DNA of 64,000 bases from contig DAOTHY010000001.1 of NCBI GenBank assembly GCA_035447925.1, positions 108,300-172,299 on the forward strand, written 5' to 3'. A program made the position numbers and the translations under genes. Positions 1 through 7,421 of the stretch are shown here, piece after piece. The notes below the pieces were generated by a model. The model searched no databases. It saw only the letters and a list, made by a program, of their open reading frames with translations, and was not told the origin of the DNA. This DNA comes from Thermotogota bacterium. GTDB lineage: Bacteria > Thermotogota > Thermotogae > MWEM01. Positions within the stretch are counted from its first letter, which is position 1. Each line of letters begins with the position of its first letter.

Positions 1-107
1 TTCCTGCTAGTATCGATAGAGAACTGGCATTGATTAAACTCCAAACCATGGGCATTCAAATCGATGAGTTGACGGATGAGCAAAAGAAGTATTTAACAAG
101 CTGGTGA
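1..107 (+). CDS. 3' end of upstream gene (partial); C-terminus resembles adenosylhomocysteinase (pattern P..IDRELA.IKL..MG..ID.LT.EQ..YL)
   Basis: Open frame from window edge ending ...[15 protein letters not shown] with TGA at 105-107. The motif spacing matches the AhcY C-terminal region. It is only 35 aa, so the call is weak. Confidence 0.35.
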   Translation, partial: PASIDRELALIKLQTMGIQIDELTDEQKKYLTSW

Positions 108-111
108 TGAA

Positions 112-1635
112 ATGAATATCGAGCGTGCCTTGATATCAGTCTATGATAAAACCGGTATTGAACACTTGGCATCTTATCTCAATAACAACGGTGTGGATAT
201 TATTTCAACCGGAGGAACTTATGAATACTTAAGAAAATTTGGCATCAAGGTTCAATCCGTTGAAGATTACACCGGTGTTGTGGAGATGTTTGATGGCAGG
301 ATCAAAACCATTAGTCCGAGAATTGCGGGTGGAATTCTTGCGGACAGGTCCAAAAGTGAACATATCAATCAAATGGTGAAAGCGAATATCCCCAACATTG
401 ACATGATCGTGGTCAACCTTTGTCCTTTCCGTGAGTTTTCGAAAAAAACATTTGATGAGTTTGAGCTGATCGATAAGATTGATATTGGGGGGATTAATAT
501 CATTCGATCAGCTGCAAAAAATTACAGAGATGTACTTCCTATCGTCGATCCGGAGGATTATGATAAGATTATTAAAAGTTTTGATTCGTGTGGGGATATT
601 CCGCTGCAAACCAGAAGGAAATTTGCACTTAAGGCATTTTACAGTACGATGAAATATGAAGAAAGTATACATGAAGCATTGTCGTTTTTATTTGCGGAGG
701 AGAAGTATAAACACTTAACATTAGAAAAACTTGAAGAATTTAAATACGGAGATAATCCGCATCAAGAAGCTTTTTTATTGAAAATAGCTGGTGAGGAATC
801 TTTGTTTGATCAAGTAGAATTTTTGAAGAAAGAATACCTCAGTTTAAGACTTTATCGGCAAATATTTAATGGTATTCATTTTATGAGGAATTTATCAACC
901 GGCGGGTTTACCCTGTTGATCAACTTGCAGCCGGTATTTTACTCCAACAAGGAAAATGATGAGATTTATTTAAAAATGATTGAAGAAGATTTTCGCAAAA
1001 GAAACCATGCAAATTCCGCTTTTATCTGTAAGGGTAGTTTAAGTAAAACAGTAGCTGAATACATTATCCGAAATAAAATAAGCACAGTAGTAGCCGTTGA
1101 TTATGATCACGATGCGCATGATTTGCTGATGAACTCTGATATTCAACTGTTGGTTAAATGTCACATTTCTGACTATTCAAAGACCCATCGCATTTTTTTG
1201 GAGAATGAGGTTCTCTTTCAGCAAAGGGACAATGTGGAGGATTTCGGGAACATTATTCAGGTTTATGCCCAGGAGAAAAATCGTTATCGAGATGATCTCC
1301 TTTTAGTTATTCAAATCATACGTGTTCTGGAAACGAATGCACTTGTGAGGGTCAAGGATGGCAGGGTCATTTCAATTGCCGATTCGCAGTTGGATGATGA
1401 GGAATTACTGGAAGTTGCAGCATCCAGATTCAAACTATTGACACAAAGAAACAAAGGAGGAGTATTAGGATTTGATGCTCCGCCCTCGTTAGCTGTTATT
1501 CAACAGGCTTATCAGCAGTGGCATGTTGACTGTATACTCAAACCAAAAAGCGAAAGAGATCGAGAAAAGATTATTGATTTTGCTAAGGTCAAGGGCATTG
1601 ATTTATATGAATTTGAAAGAAGGCATTACGCATAA
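112..1635 (+). CDS. purH: Bifunctional purine biosynthesis protein PurH-like (IMP cyclohydrolase/AICAR transformylase family), divergent
   Basis: Collinear with PurH over the full length. N-terminal MGS-like motifs are present (ALISVYDKTG, ISTGGT, DGRIKT, VVNLCPF, IDIGG, AAKNY). The central YGDNPHQ matches the YGENPHQ signature and the C-terminal EFERRHYA corresponds to the PurH terminus. Several normally invariant positions are substituted (LHP to ISP, GAGQ to ADSQ). Confidence 0.6.
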   Translation: MNIERALISVYDKTGIEHLASYLNNNGVDIISTGGTYEYLRKFGIKVQSVEDYTGVVEMFDGRIKTISPRIAGGILADRSKSEHINQMVKANIPNIDMIVVNLCPFREFSKKTFDEFELIDKIDIGGINIIRSAAKNYRDVLPIVDPEDYDKIIKSFDSCGDIPLQTRRKFALKAFYSTMKYEESIHEALSFLFAEEKYKHLTLEKLEEFKYGDNPHQEAFLLKIAGEESLFDQVEFLKKEYLSLRLYRQIFNGIHFMRNLSTGGFTLLINLQPVFYSNKENDEIYLKMIEEDFRKRNHANSAFICKGSLSKTVAEYIIRNKISTVVAVDYDHDAHDLLMNSDIQLLVKCHISDYSKTHRIFLENEVLFQQRDNVEDFGNIIQVYAQEKNRYRDDLLLVIQIIRVLETNALVRVKDGRVISIADSQLDDEELLEVAASRFKLLTQRNKGGVLGFDAPPSLAVIQQAYQQWHVDCILKPKSERDREKIIDFAKVKGIDLYEFERRHYA

Positions 1636-1657
1636 AAGAGCGACTCGGGAGGCCAAT

Positions 1658-2680
1658 ATGAACAAGCATATCGCAATATTTGAAGAACTCATTAAAGTTG
1701 AAGAACAGGCATTGAAAGAAATAGAAAGTGTACAAAGCCAAAAGGAACTTGAAGAAATCAGGATCAAATACCTCGGAAAAAAGGGAATACTGACCACTCA
1801 ATTTCTTAAGCGGTTGGGAACTCTTGATCCTCAAATAAGACCCGAAGTCGGTCAGAAAACCAATGTTAGCAAAGATGTGATCAATGAACAGTTAAGCATT
1901 AAAAAGGCGAGCTTAGAAGCCAGCGAAAAAGAAAAACTGGAAGAAGAACTATTTGTTGACATCTCACAGCCAGGTACAAGAAGACGAATAGGATTTGAAC
2001 ATTTACTAAAAAAAACCCAAAAGGAGATTGAGGATATTTTTATCTCACTGGGATATGCAGTGAAAGAGGGACCTGAGATTGAAACGGTTTTCTATAATTT
2101 TGAGGCTCTCAATACACCGGATTGGCATCCGGCAAGAGATGAGCATGACAGTTTTTATTTACTCGAAAACGAAAGACTATTACGTACACATACCTCTCCT
2201 GTTCAAATTCGAACGATGCAAAAAGAAGCTCCCCCCATTGCAGTTATCGCCCCAGGGAAGGTTTATCGCAGTGATTATGACGCAACTCATCTGCCCATGT
2301 TTCATCAAACTGAAGGTTTGTTTGTAGATCGGGATGTGAACGTGGGGCATTTAAAAGGGACTTTGGAATATTTTATGAAAGAATTATTTTCTGAAGATGT
2401 TGCCATTAGATTAAGGCCTTCCTTTTTCCCATTTACCGAACCCAGCTTTGAGGTTGATATTAGTTGGAAAGATAAGTATGGAAAAGAACAATGGCTTGAA
2501 GTTCTTGGTGCTGGAATGGTTGACCCCAATGTATTTCTAGCGGTTGGCTATGATCCTGAAATCTGGAGTGGTTTTGCATTTGGAGCCGGCATTGAACGGT
2601 TAACCATGCTCAAATATGGTCTGACTGATATCAGAGATCTTGTCAGAGGCGATATCAGATTCCTAAGACAGGAACTTTAA
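1658..2680 (+). CDS. pheS: Phenylalanine--tRNA ligase alpha subunit
   Basis: Class II aaRS motifs are present (FHPARDEHDSFY, LLRTHTSPVQIR, FFPFTEPSFEVDI, GAGMVDPNVF, GFAFGAGIERL). The ATG at 1658 is preceded by GGGAGG. The longer ORF from 1523 overlaps purH and is rejected. Confidence 0.9.
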   Translation: MNKHIAIFEELIKVEEQALKEIESVQSQKELEEIRIKYLGKKGILTTQFLKRLGTLDPQIRPEVGQKTNVSKDVINEQLSIKKASLEASEKEKLEEELFVDISQPGTRRRIGFEHLLKKTQKEIEDIFISLGYAVKEGPEIETVFYNFEALNTPDWHPARDEHDSFYLLENERLLRTHTSPVQIRTMQKEAPPIAVIAPGKVYRSDYDATHLPMFHQTEGLFVDRDVNVGHLKGTLEYFMKELFSEDVAIRLRPSFFPFTEPSFEVDISWKDKYGKEQWLEVLGAGMVDPNVFLAVGYDPEIWSGFAFGAGIERLTMLKYGLTDIRDLVRGDIRFLRQEL

Positions 2681-2691
2681 GGAGGACAATC

Positions 2692-5127
2692 ATGCTTATT
2701 TCCAAAAAATGGCTAAATAAATACATTAATGTCATGGATATCGAAGATGAGAAACTGGATAAGATGTTGAGTTTAAGTGGCACTTCTGTTGAACAGATTG
2801 AAAAACCGTGGGAAAAGATTAACGGAGTTTATACGGGGACTATCGTAAAGATTGACAATCACCCGAATGCTGACAAATTGATTATTTGTACAGTAGATAC
2901 AAATGATCAGCAGCACCAGATCGTAACAGGAGATACCTCTCTAAAAGAAGGAGACATGATTCCATTAGCAATAATTGGTGCAACCTTAAGGGATGGTTTT
3001 ACGATCAAGAATGCCCAATTGCGTGGAATTCCTTCGCAAGGGATGATGTGTTCTTTAGAGGAGCTAAAACTAGAATCAAAATCCAAAGGGGTTTACCGTT
3101 TAGAAGAAAAGGTTGAAAACGGGCTAGATGTTGTTCAACTGTTTGACCTTAATGATTCTGTTTTCGATCTTGAAATCACAGCCAACAGACCTGATGAATT
3201 ATCTGTTTTAGGTGTTGCCAGAGAATTAAAAGCCTTGTTAAGATCTCAGGTTGAAATCAAACAGCCTCCTTTTCAATATCAAAGCAGCGGAAAGAAAACA
3301 TCAGACTTTATTTCCATCCAAATAGAAGCCCCCCAATTCTGTAATCGCTACACTGGTATGATTATTGAAGATGTAGAAATAAAAGAATCACCATTATGGC
3401 TTAAAAGAGATTTAATGGCCATTGGAATAAGACCCATTAATAATGTGGTTGACATTACAAATTATATTTTGATGGAAACCGGCCATCCAGTTCATGCTTT
3501 TGATTACGATCAGCTAAAAAACAAATCCATAGTTGTCAGATTAGCTAAGGAAAAAGAGCGATTAAGATTACTTGACGAAAGTGAGCCTGAATTTGAAGGT
3601 GATGAGCTATTGATTACCGATGGTGAAAATCCGCTCGCTTTAGCTGGTATTATGGGCGGAGAAGGAACCGGTGTTAGTGAAGCGACCAAAACAGTTTTCT
3701 TGGAAGTAGCATATTTTAATCCTGTGAAGATCAGGAAAATAGCCAGAAGGTTAAATATCATGAGTGATTCTTCTTATCGTTTTGAGCGGGGAGTAGATCC
3801 AAATGATGCGGAATATGTTATCAAAAGGCTTGCTTACATGATTTCAGAGATTGCTTGCGGTCATCCGGCTCAATTATTGGACGTTTATCCGTCACCGGTA
3901 TCTGAAAAAAGGATTATTCTCAGGAAGACAAAAGTTGAGAGGCTTTTGGGAATCAAGTATACGGATGAACAAATCGAAGAATCATTACAAAACCTCGGTT
4001 TTGAATTGAACAAGATATCGGATACACCGAGTTGGGATGTTGTATGCCCGACTTTCAGACCAGACATTGAAAGAGAAGTGGATTTAGTCGAAGAAATTGG
4101 AAGGATTGTGGGCTACGAGAAAATACCACCCTCTATTCCCTATTTAAAGGGTATATCAAAATCAAGAGAGTCTTTTCAATCCTTCAGATACAAAATCAGA
4201 GAACTGGTTTTAGGAGCCGGTTATCATGAAATAATACCGATTTCATTGATTGACCCTGAGGATATACAGAGAATATCAAAAGACACTGAATTTTTATGGA
4301 ACAAAAATAAAATAGAGATTTTGAAACCGCTATCAAAGGATATGTCCGTTTTAAGACCGTCATTACTCATTACTTTATTAAAAACGATAGGATACAACCA
4401 TTCTCATCAACAGTATGACCTGAAGCTTTTTGAAACTGGAACCTCTTTTCTGCTGGATGATACAGGGGATTTCCAAGAGCAGGAGCGTCTGGTAATGGCG
4501 TCGTCGGGGAAAATTGATCCTGAAGATTATCAATCAAAAAAACATGTGGATTTTTTTAATTTCAAGGGTTCAATAGAGGAGATTTTAAGACATTTGGAAA
4601 TAGATAATGAAAAAATTATCTTTGAAAGGCCCAAAAATGGTACTATTTATACACAGATTATGTATCCGGCACAGTCCGCCATTATCATGTTCAACGGCCA
4701 AGAGATTGGTTTTTTTGGATTGATTAGAAATGAGATTCTTCAGTCATTTTCGATTACTGAAGGCACATACATGTGTGAACTGGATCTTAATACGTTGCAC
4801 TCTCTTCAAAAGATATCCAAGAAAAGATGGAGGTCCATTTTGGGAACGAATTTCCCTGCAAGTCGAAAAGACTTTTCAGTTCTAGTAGGAAAGGGAACTG
4901 AAATAGGACATATCATTAAAAAGATCAGAGAGATAGAGTTTGTTGAAAATGTAACCATCATTGATGTTTACAGCGGGAAAAGCATACCAAAAGGTTTTAA
5001 CAGCATCACATTATCAGTTTTATTTCGATCGACTGATCACACACTCAGCGAGGAAGAGTTGAATAAAAACTTCAAAGCAGTTGTTAAGATTTTTGAAGAA
5101 GAAAACTTGGAAATGAGAGAGGGATAG
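2692..5127 (+). CDS. pheT: Phenylalanine--tRNA ligase beta subunit
   Basis: 811 aa with the typical PheT N-terminus (MLISKKWLNKYI), a tRNA-binding domain and B3/4 and B5 regions. It lies immediately downstream of pheS with its own RBS (AAGGAGG). Confidence 0.9.
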   Translation: MLISKKWLNKYINVMDIEDEKLDKMLSLSGTSVEQIEKPWEKINGVYTGTIVKIDNHPNADKLIICTVDTNDQQHQIVTGDTSLKEGDMIPLAIIGATLRDGFTIKNAQLRGIPSQGMMCSLEELKLESKSKGVYRLEEKVENGLDVVQLFDLNDSVFDLEITANRPDELSVLGVARELKALLRSQVEIKQPPFQYQSSGKKTSDFISIQIEAPQFCNRYTGMIIEDVEIKESPLWLKRDLMAIGIRPINNVVDITNYILMETGHPVHAFDYDQLKNKSIVVRLAKEKERLRLLDESEPEFEGDELLITDGENPLALAGIMGGEGTGVSEATKTVFLEVAYFNPVKIRKIARRLNIMSDSSYRFERGVDPNDAEYVIKRLAYMISEIACGHPAQLLDVYPSPVSEKRIILRKTKVERLLGIKYTDEQIEESLQNLGFELNKISDTPSWDVVCPTFRPDIEREVDLVEEIGRIVGYEKIPPSIPYLKGISKSRESFQSFRYKIRELVLGAGYHEIIPISLIDPEDIQRISKDTEFLWNKNKIEILKPLSKDMSVLRPSLLITLLKTIGYNHSHQQYDLKLFETGTSFLLDDTGDFQEQERLVMASSGKIDPEDYQSKKHVDFFNFKGSIEEILRHLEIDNEKIIFERPKNGTIYTQIMYPAQSAIIMFNGQEIGFFGLIRNEILQSFSITEGTYMCELDLNTLHSLQKISKKRWRSILGTNFPASRKDFSVLVGKGTEIGHIIKKIREIEFVENVTIIDVYSGKSIPKGFNSITLSVLFRSTDHTLSEEELNKNFKAVVKIFEEENLEMREG

Positions 5128-5130
5128 TGG

Positions 5131-5493
5131 ATGTTCGTTACGAAAATCTTTAAATTTGATGCTGCTCATAACTTGATTCATTATCACGGCAAATGCGAGA
5201 AGTTACATGGCCATACCTATCGTTTGGATGTAACGGTATCTGGCGAATTAAATGAAGAAATGATGGTTCTTGATTTTATACAATTAAAAGAGATTGTTAA
5301 GAAACGAGCTTTGGATGTTCTTGATCATTCTTATCTCAATGAGTTGATCGAACAACCTAGTGCCGAGAATATCGCAATTTGGATTTGGGATAGGGTTCAA
5401 GGGGATTTAAAGACTGATAAGTATCATTTGTATGAAATTAAGGTTTATGAAACACAAACTAGTTATGTCGCTTACAGAGGAGAGGGACTTTGA
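5131..5493 (+). CDS. queD: 6-carboxy-5,6,7,8-tetrahydropterin synthase (QueD/PTPS family)
   Basis: 120 aa carrying the CxxxHGH zinc/catalytic motif (GKCEKLHGHTY) and KFDAAH. It fits the 6-pyruvoyl-tetrahydropterin synthase fold family. Confidence 0.75.
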   Translation: MFVTKIFKFDAAHNLIHYHGKCEKLHGHTYRLDVTVSGELNEEMMVLDFIQLKEIVKKRALDVLDHSYLNELIEQPSAENIAIWIWDRVQGDLKTDKYHLYEIKVYETQTSYVAYRGEGL

Positions 5494-5738
5494 TCGATAC
5501 CCTCATGTTTATCTTGTTAATGGTTCTCATTGGTTTACAGGTTCTACATTCGTTGATAAAAAAAAATAATTGGAATATACTCGTTCAAATGAACTCCATT
5601 GGCATGAAAGTTTTGGTTCTATTTCTAATTTATGCAATGATCAACGATTTATCATATATTCTGGATATCGTTGTGGTATTACTCGTATTGAATGTTGTTG
5701 GAACGATAATTATTTCCAGATACAACAGTAAAAATTAA
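5490..5738 (+). CDS. Small hydrophobic membrane protein, hypothetical
   Basis: 82 aa with two or three predicted TM segments. It overlaps the queD stop by 4 nt (ATGA). I recognise no family. Confidence 0.4.
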   Translation: MIDTLMFILLMVLIGLQVLHSLIKKNNWNILVQMNSIGMKVLVLFLIYAMINDLSYILDIVVVLLVLNVVGTIIISRYNSKN

Positions 5739-5779
5739 CAAAAAAATAATTATCATTATGTTTATTTGCAACATAAAAC

Positions 5780-5796
5780 TGATAAAATTATCATTA
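5780..5796. promoter_or_regulatory. Fur-box-like palindrome (TGATAA-AA-TTATCA) upstream of fur; a second related site AATAATTATCATTAT at 5746-5759
   Basis: A perfect 6-2-6 inverted repeat TGATAAAATTATCA, close to the Fur consensus TGATAATNATTATCA. It sits about 40 nt upstream of the fur start in an AT-rich intergenic region. Confidence 0.5.
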
Positions 5797-5833
5797 GTTA
5801 AGATGTAGCATATGGGAGGTGCTCAAGAAAGAA

Positions 5834-6271
5834 ATGGTAAATGATATTTTGAGAAAAGAATTAAAGGATAGAAATTTTCGTATAACGGCTCAAAGGGAGC
5901 TTATTATGAAAATTTTCGCTGAATCTCCTGAAGATCATCTAAGTGTTGAAGAAGTATACAGAAAATTATTGGACAAGAGATCCAGAATAAGTAAAGCAAC
6001 TGTTTATCGAACGGTAGAGTTGTTAAGCGATTTGGGATTATTAAGAAAGATTGAAATTGATGAAGGCATTGTTCGTTTTGAGTTGGCTGATTCTAATAAA
6101 CACGGTAAACATCATGTTATTTGTACGGATTGTGGTGATACAATCACCATACCCGATAAGCTGGTAGAGAAGATAGAAGAAATGGTAACAAATGAAATGG
6201 GATTTGAACCAGAGGATCACAACATAAAGTTTTACGGGAAATGTGCCAATTGTAAAAAAAATCAGAAATAA
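5834..6271 (+). CDS. fur: Ferric uptake regulator family transcriptional regulator (Fur/PerR/Zur)
   Basis: Winged-helix region (RITAQRELIMKIF, ATVYRTV) plus metal-binding HHVIC..C and C-terminal CANC motifs. The ATG at 5834 is preferred over the GTG at 5819, which abuts the RBS. Confidence 0.85.
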   Translation: MVNDILRKELKDRNFRITAQRELIMKIFAESPEDHLSVEEVYRKLLDKRSRISKATVYRTVELLSDLGLLRKIEIDEGIVRFELADSNKHGKHHVICTDCGDTITIPDKLVEKIEEMVTNEMGFEPEDHNIKFYGKCANCKKNQK

Positions 6272-6283
6272 AATCACATGATC

Positions 6284-6311
6284 AACGGGTGAAATAACTT
6301 TTTCACCCGTT
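6284..6311. terminator. Bidirectional rho-independent terminator between convergent fur and DUF503 genes
   Basis: Hairpin AACGGGTGAAA-taact-TTTCACCCGTT flanked by A/T runs on both sides. Confidence 0.6.
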
Positions 6312-6598
6312 TAAATGCTTTCCATTTGTTTTTTTTCCACAAACCCTTCACTGATTACTTCGATCTCCTCGATGTATTTTGATGCAATCGATTGTAGATA
6401 GTCATTTTTGCTGGCTAAAATACCGATAGTCAGCCCAATGTAATCAAGTGAATCTTGATGATGACTTTCGGCAACACATGTGTTGTTTGCGCTAATGATA
6501 AAGGTTTTAATCCGGTTTATGATGGATCTTTTTTCTTTAAGTGAAAAAACACCACTGATTTTAACTGTTAGTGTTAATTTAGCTAGTCTAAACATCAT
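6311..6598 (-). CDS. DUF503 (YlxP-like) family protein
   Basis: 95 aa. The size and the SLKEKR motif near the N-terminus are typical of DUF503 proteins. Confidence 0.55.
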   Translation of the reverse strand: MMFRLAKLTLTVKISGVFSLKEKRSIINRIKTFIISANNTCVAESHHQDSLDYIGLTIGILASKNDYLQSIASKYIEEIEVISEGFVEKKQMESI

Positions 6599-7381
6599 CT
6601 ATTTCCTTAAAAGCACCTGTGGCTTACCGTTATCTTCATGGTACACAATATAGGAATCGGCATGATAAACATTCTCCAATAGTCGATTGTTGATGACATC
6701 GCTGGGGGCACCCACATTCTCAAGATAAGAATCATTTAGAACGGCGATTCTATCGCAATAGAGTGAAGCAATGTTGATATCGTGAAAAATACCCACCACT
6801 GTTATACCATCTTCCTTGTTTTTTTTATATACTCGTTGAATCAACTGTTGAACATGACCGATATCCAGATGAGCGGCAAATTCATCTAATAAAATAATGG
6901 GAGTATTCTGGGCAAAGCACTTTGCGATTAATACCCTCTGTTTTTCTCCTCCGCTAAGGCGATTAAAGAGTTTGTCCTCAAAACCTTCTAGTTCCGCTTC
7001 CATGATAGCTCTTTTGACCATCAGACAGTCTTCTTTTGATTCGTCTGAAAACAGATTAAGATAAGGGGTCCTTCCTAAATGGACAATTTCTTCAACGGTA
7101 AAATCATAGGCTGGAGAAAATTCCTGCATCACCGCAGAAATCTTTTTTGCGATATCCTTTCTCTTCATTGTATTGATTACTGTTCCTAATATCTTAATGG
7201 TACCGGTAGCGGGGGTTAAAAATCCTAACAACAACTTAAAAAGGGTTGTTTTCCCCGCTCCGTTTGGTCCAATAATGCCAAAGAATTCTCCACGATTTAT
7301 TTCAAGGGATATATTGGATAAAACCGGTTTTGTTCGTATATCATATGCAAATGATAGGTCTTTTACTTGAATCATCTTCAC
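6599..7381 (-). CDS. ABC transporter ATP-binding protein (metal/iron-chelate type), orphan
   Basis: Walker A GPNGAGKTT, signature LSGGEKQR and Walker B ILLDEF are present, but followed by the atypical AAHLD. There is no adjacent permease or SBP gene. Confidence 0.8.
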   Translation of the reverse strand: MKMIQVKDLSFAYDIRTKPVLSNISLEINRGEFFGIIGPNGAGKTTLFKLLLGFLTPATGTIKILGTVINTMKRKDIAKKISAVMQEFSPAYDFTVEEIVHLGRTPYLNLFSDESKEDCLMVKRAIMEAELEGFEDKLFNRLSGGEKQRVLIAKCFAQNTPIILLDEFAAHLDIGHVQQLIQRVYKKNKEDGITVVGIFHDINIASLYCDRIAVLNDSYLENVGAPSDVINNRLLENVYHADSYIVYHEDNGKPQVLLRK

Positions 7382-7421
7382 TCCTTTCCTTCATTTAAAT
7401 CAATTGATCTGTCTATGATAA

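Noticed and set aside
1523-1657. N-terminal extension of pheS ORF
   Set aside because: It overlaps the purH coding region. The ATG at 1658 has a good GGGAGG RBS and matches the canonical PheS N-terminus.
1589-1834. Antisense small ORFs (81 and 64 aa) within the purH/pheS overlap, and many similar antisense ORFs listed in the track throughout
   Set aside because: They lie fully inside well-supported coding genes on the opposite strand. They have low-complexity, codon-shadow composition and no RBS.
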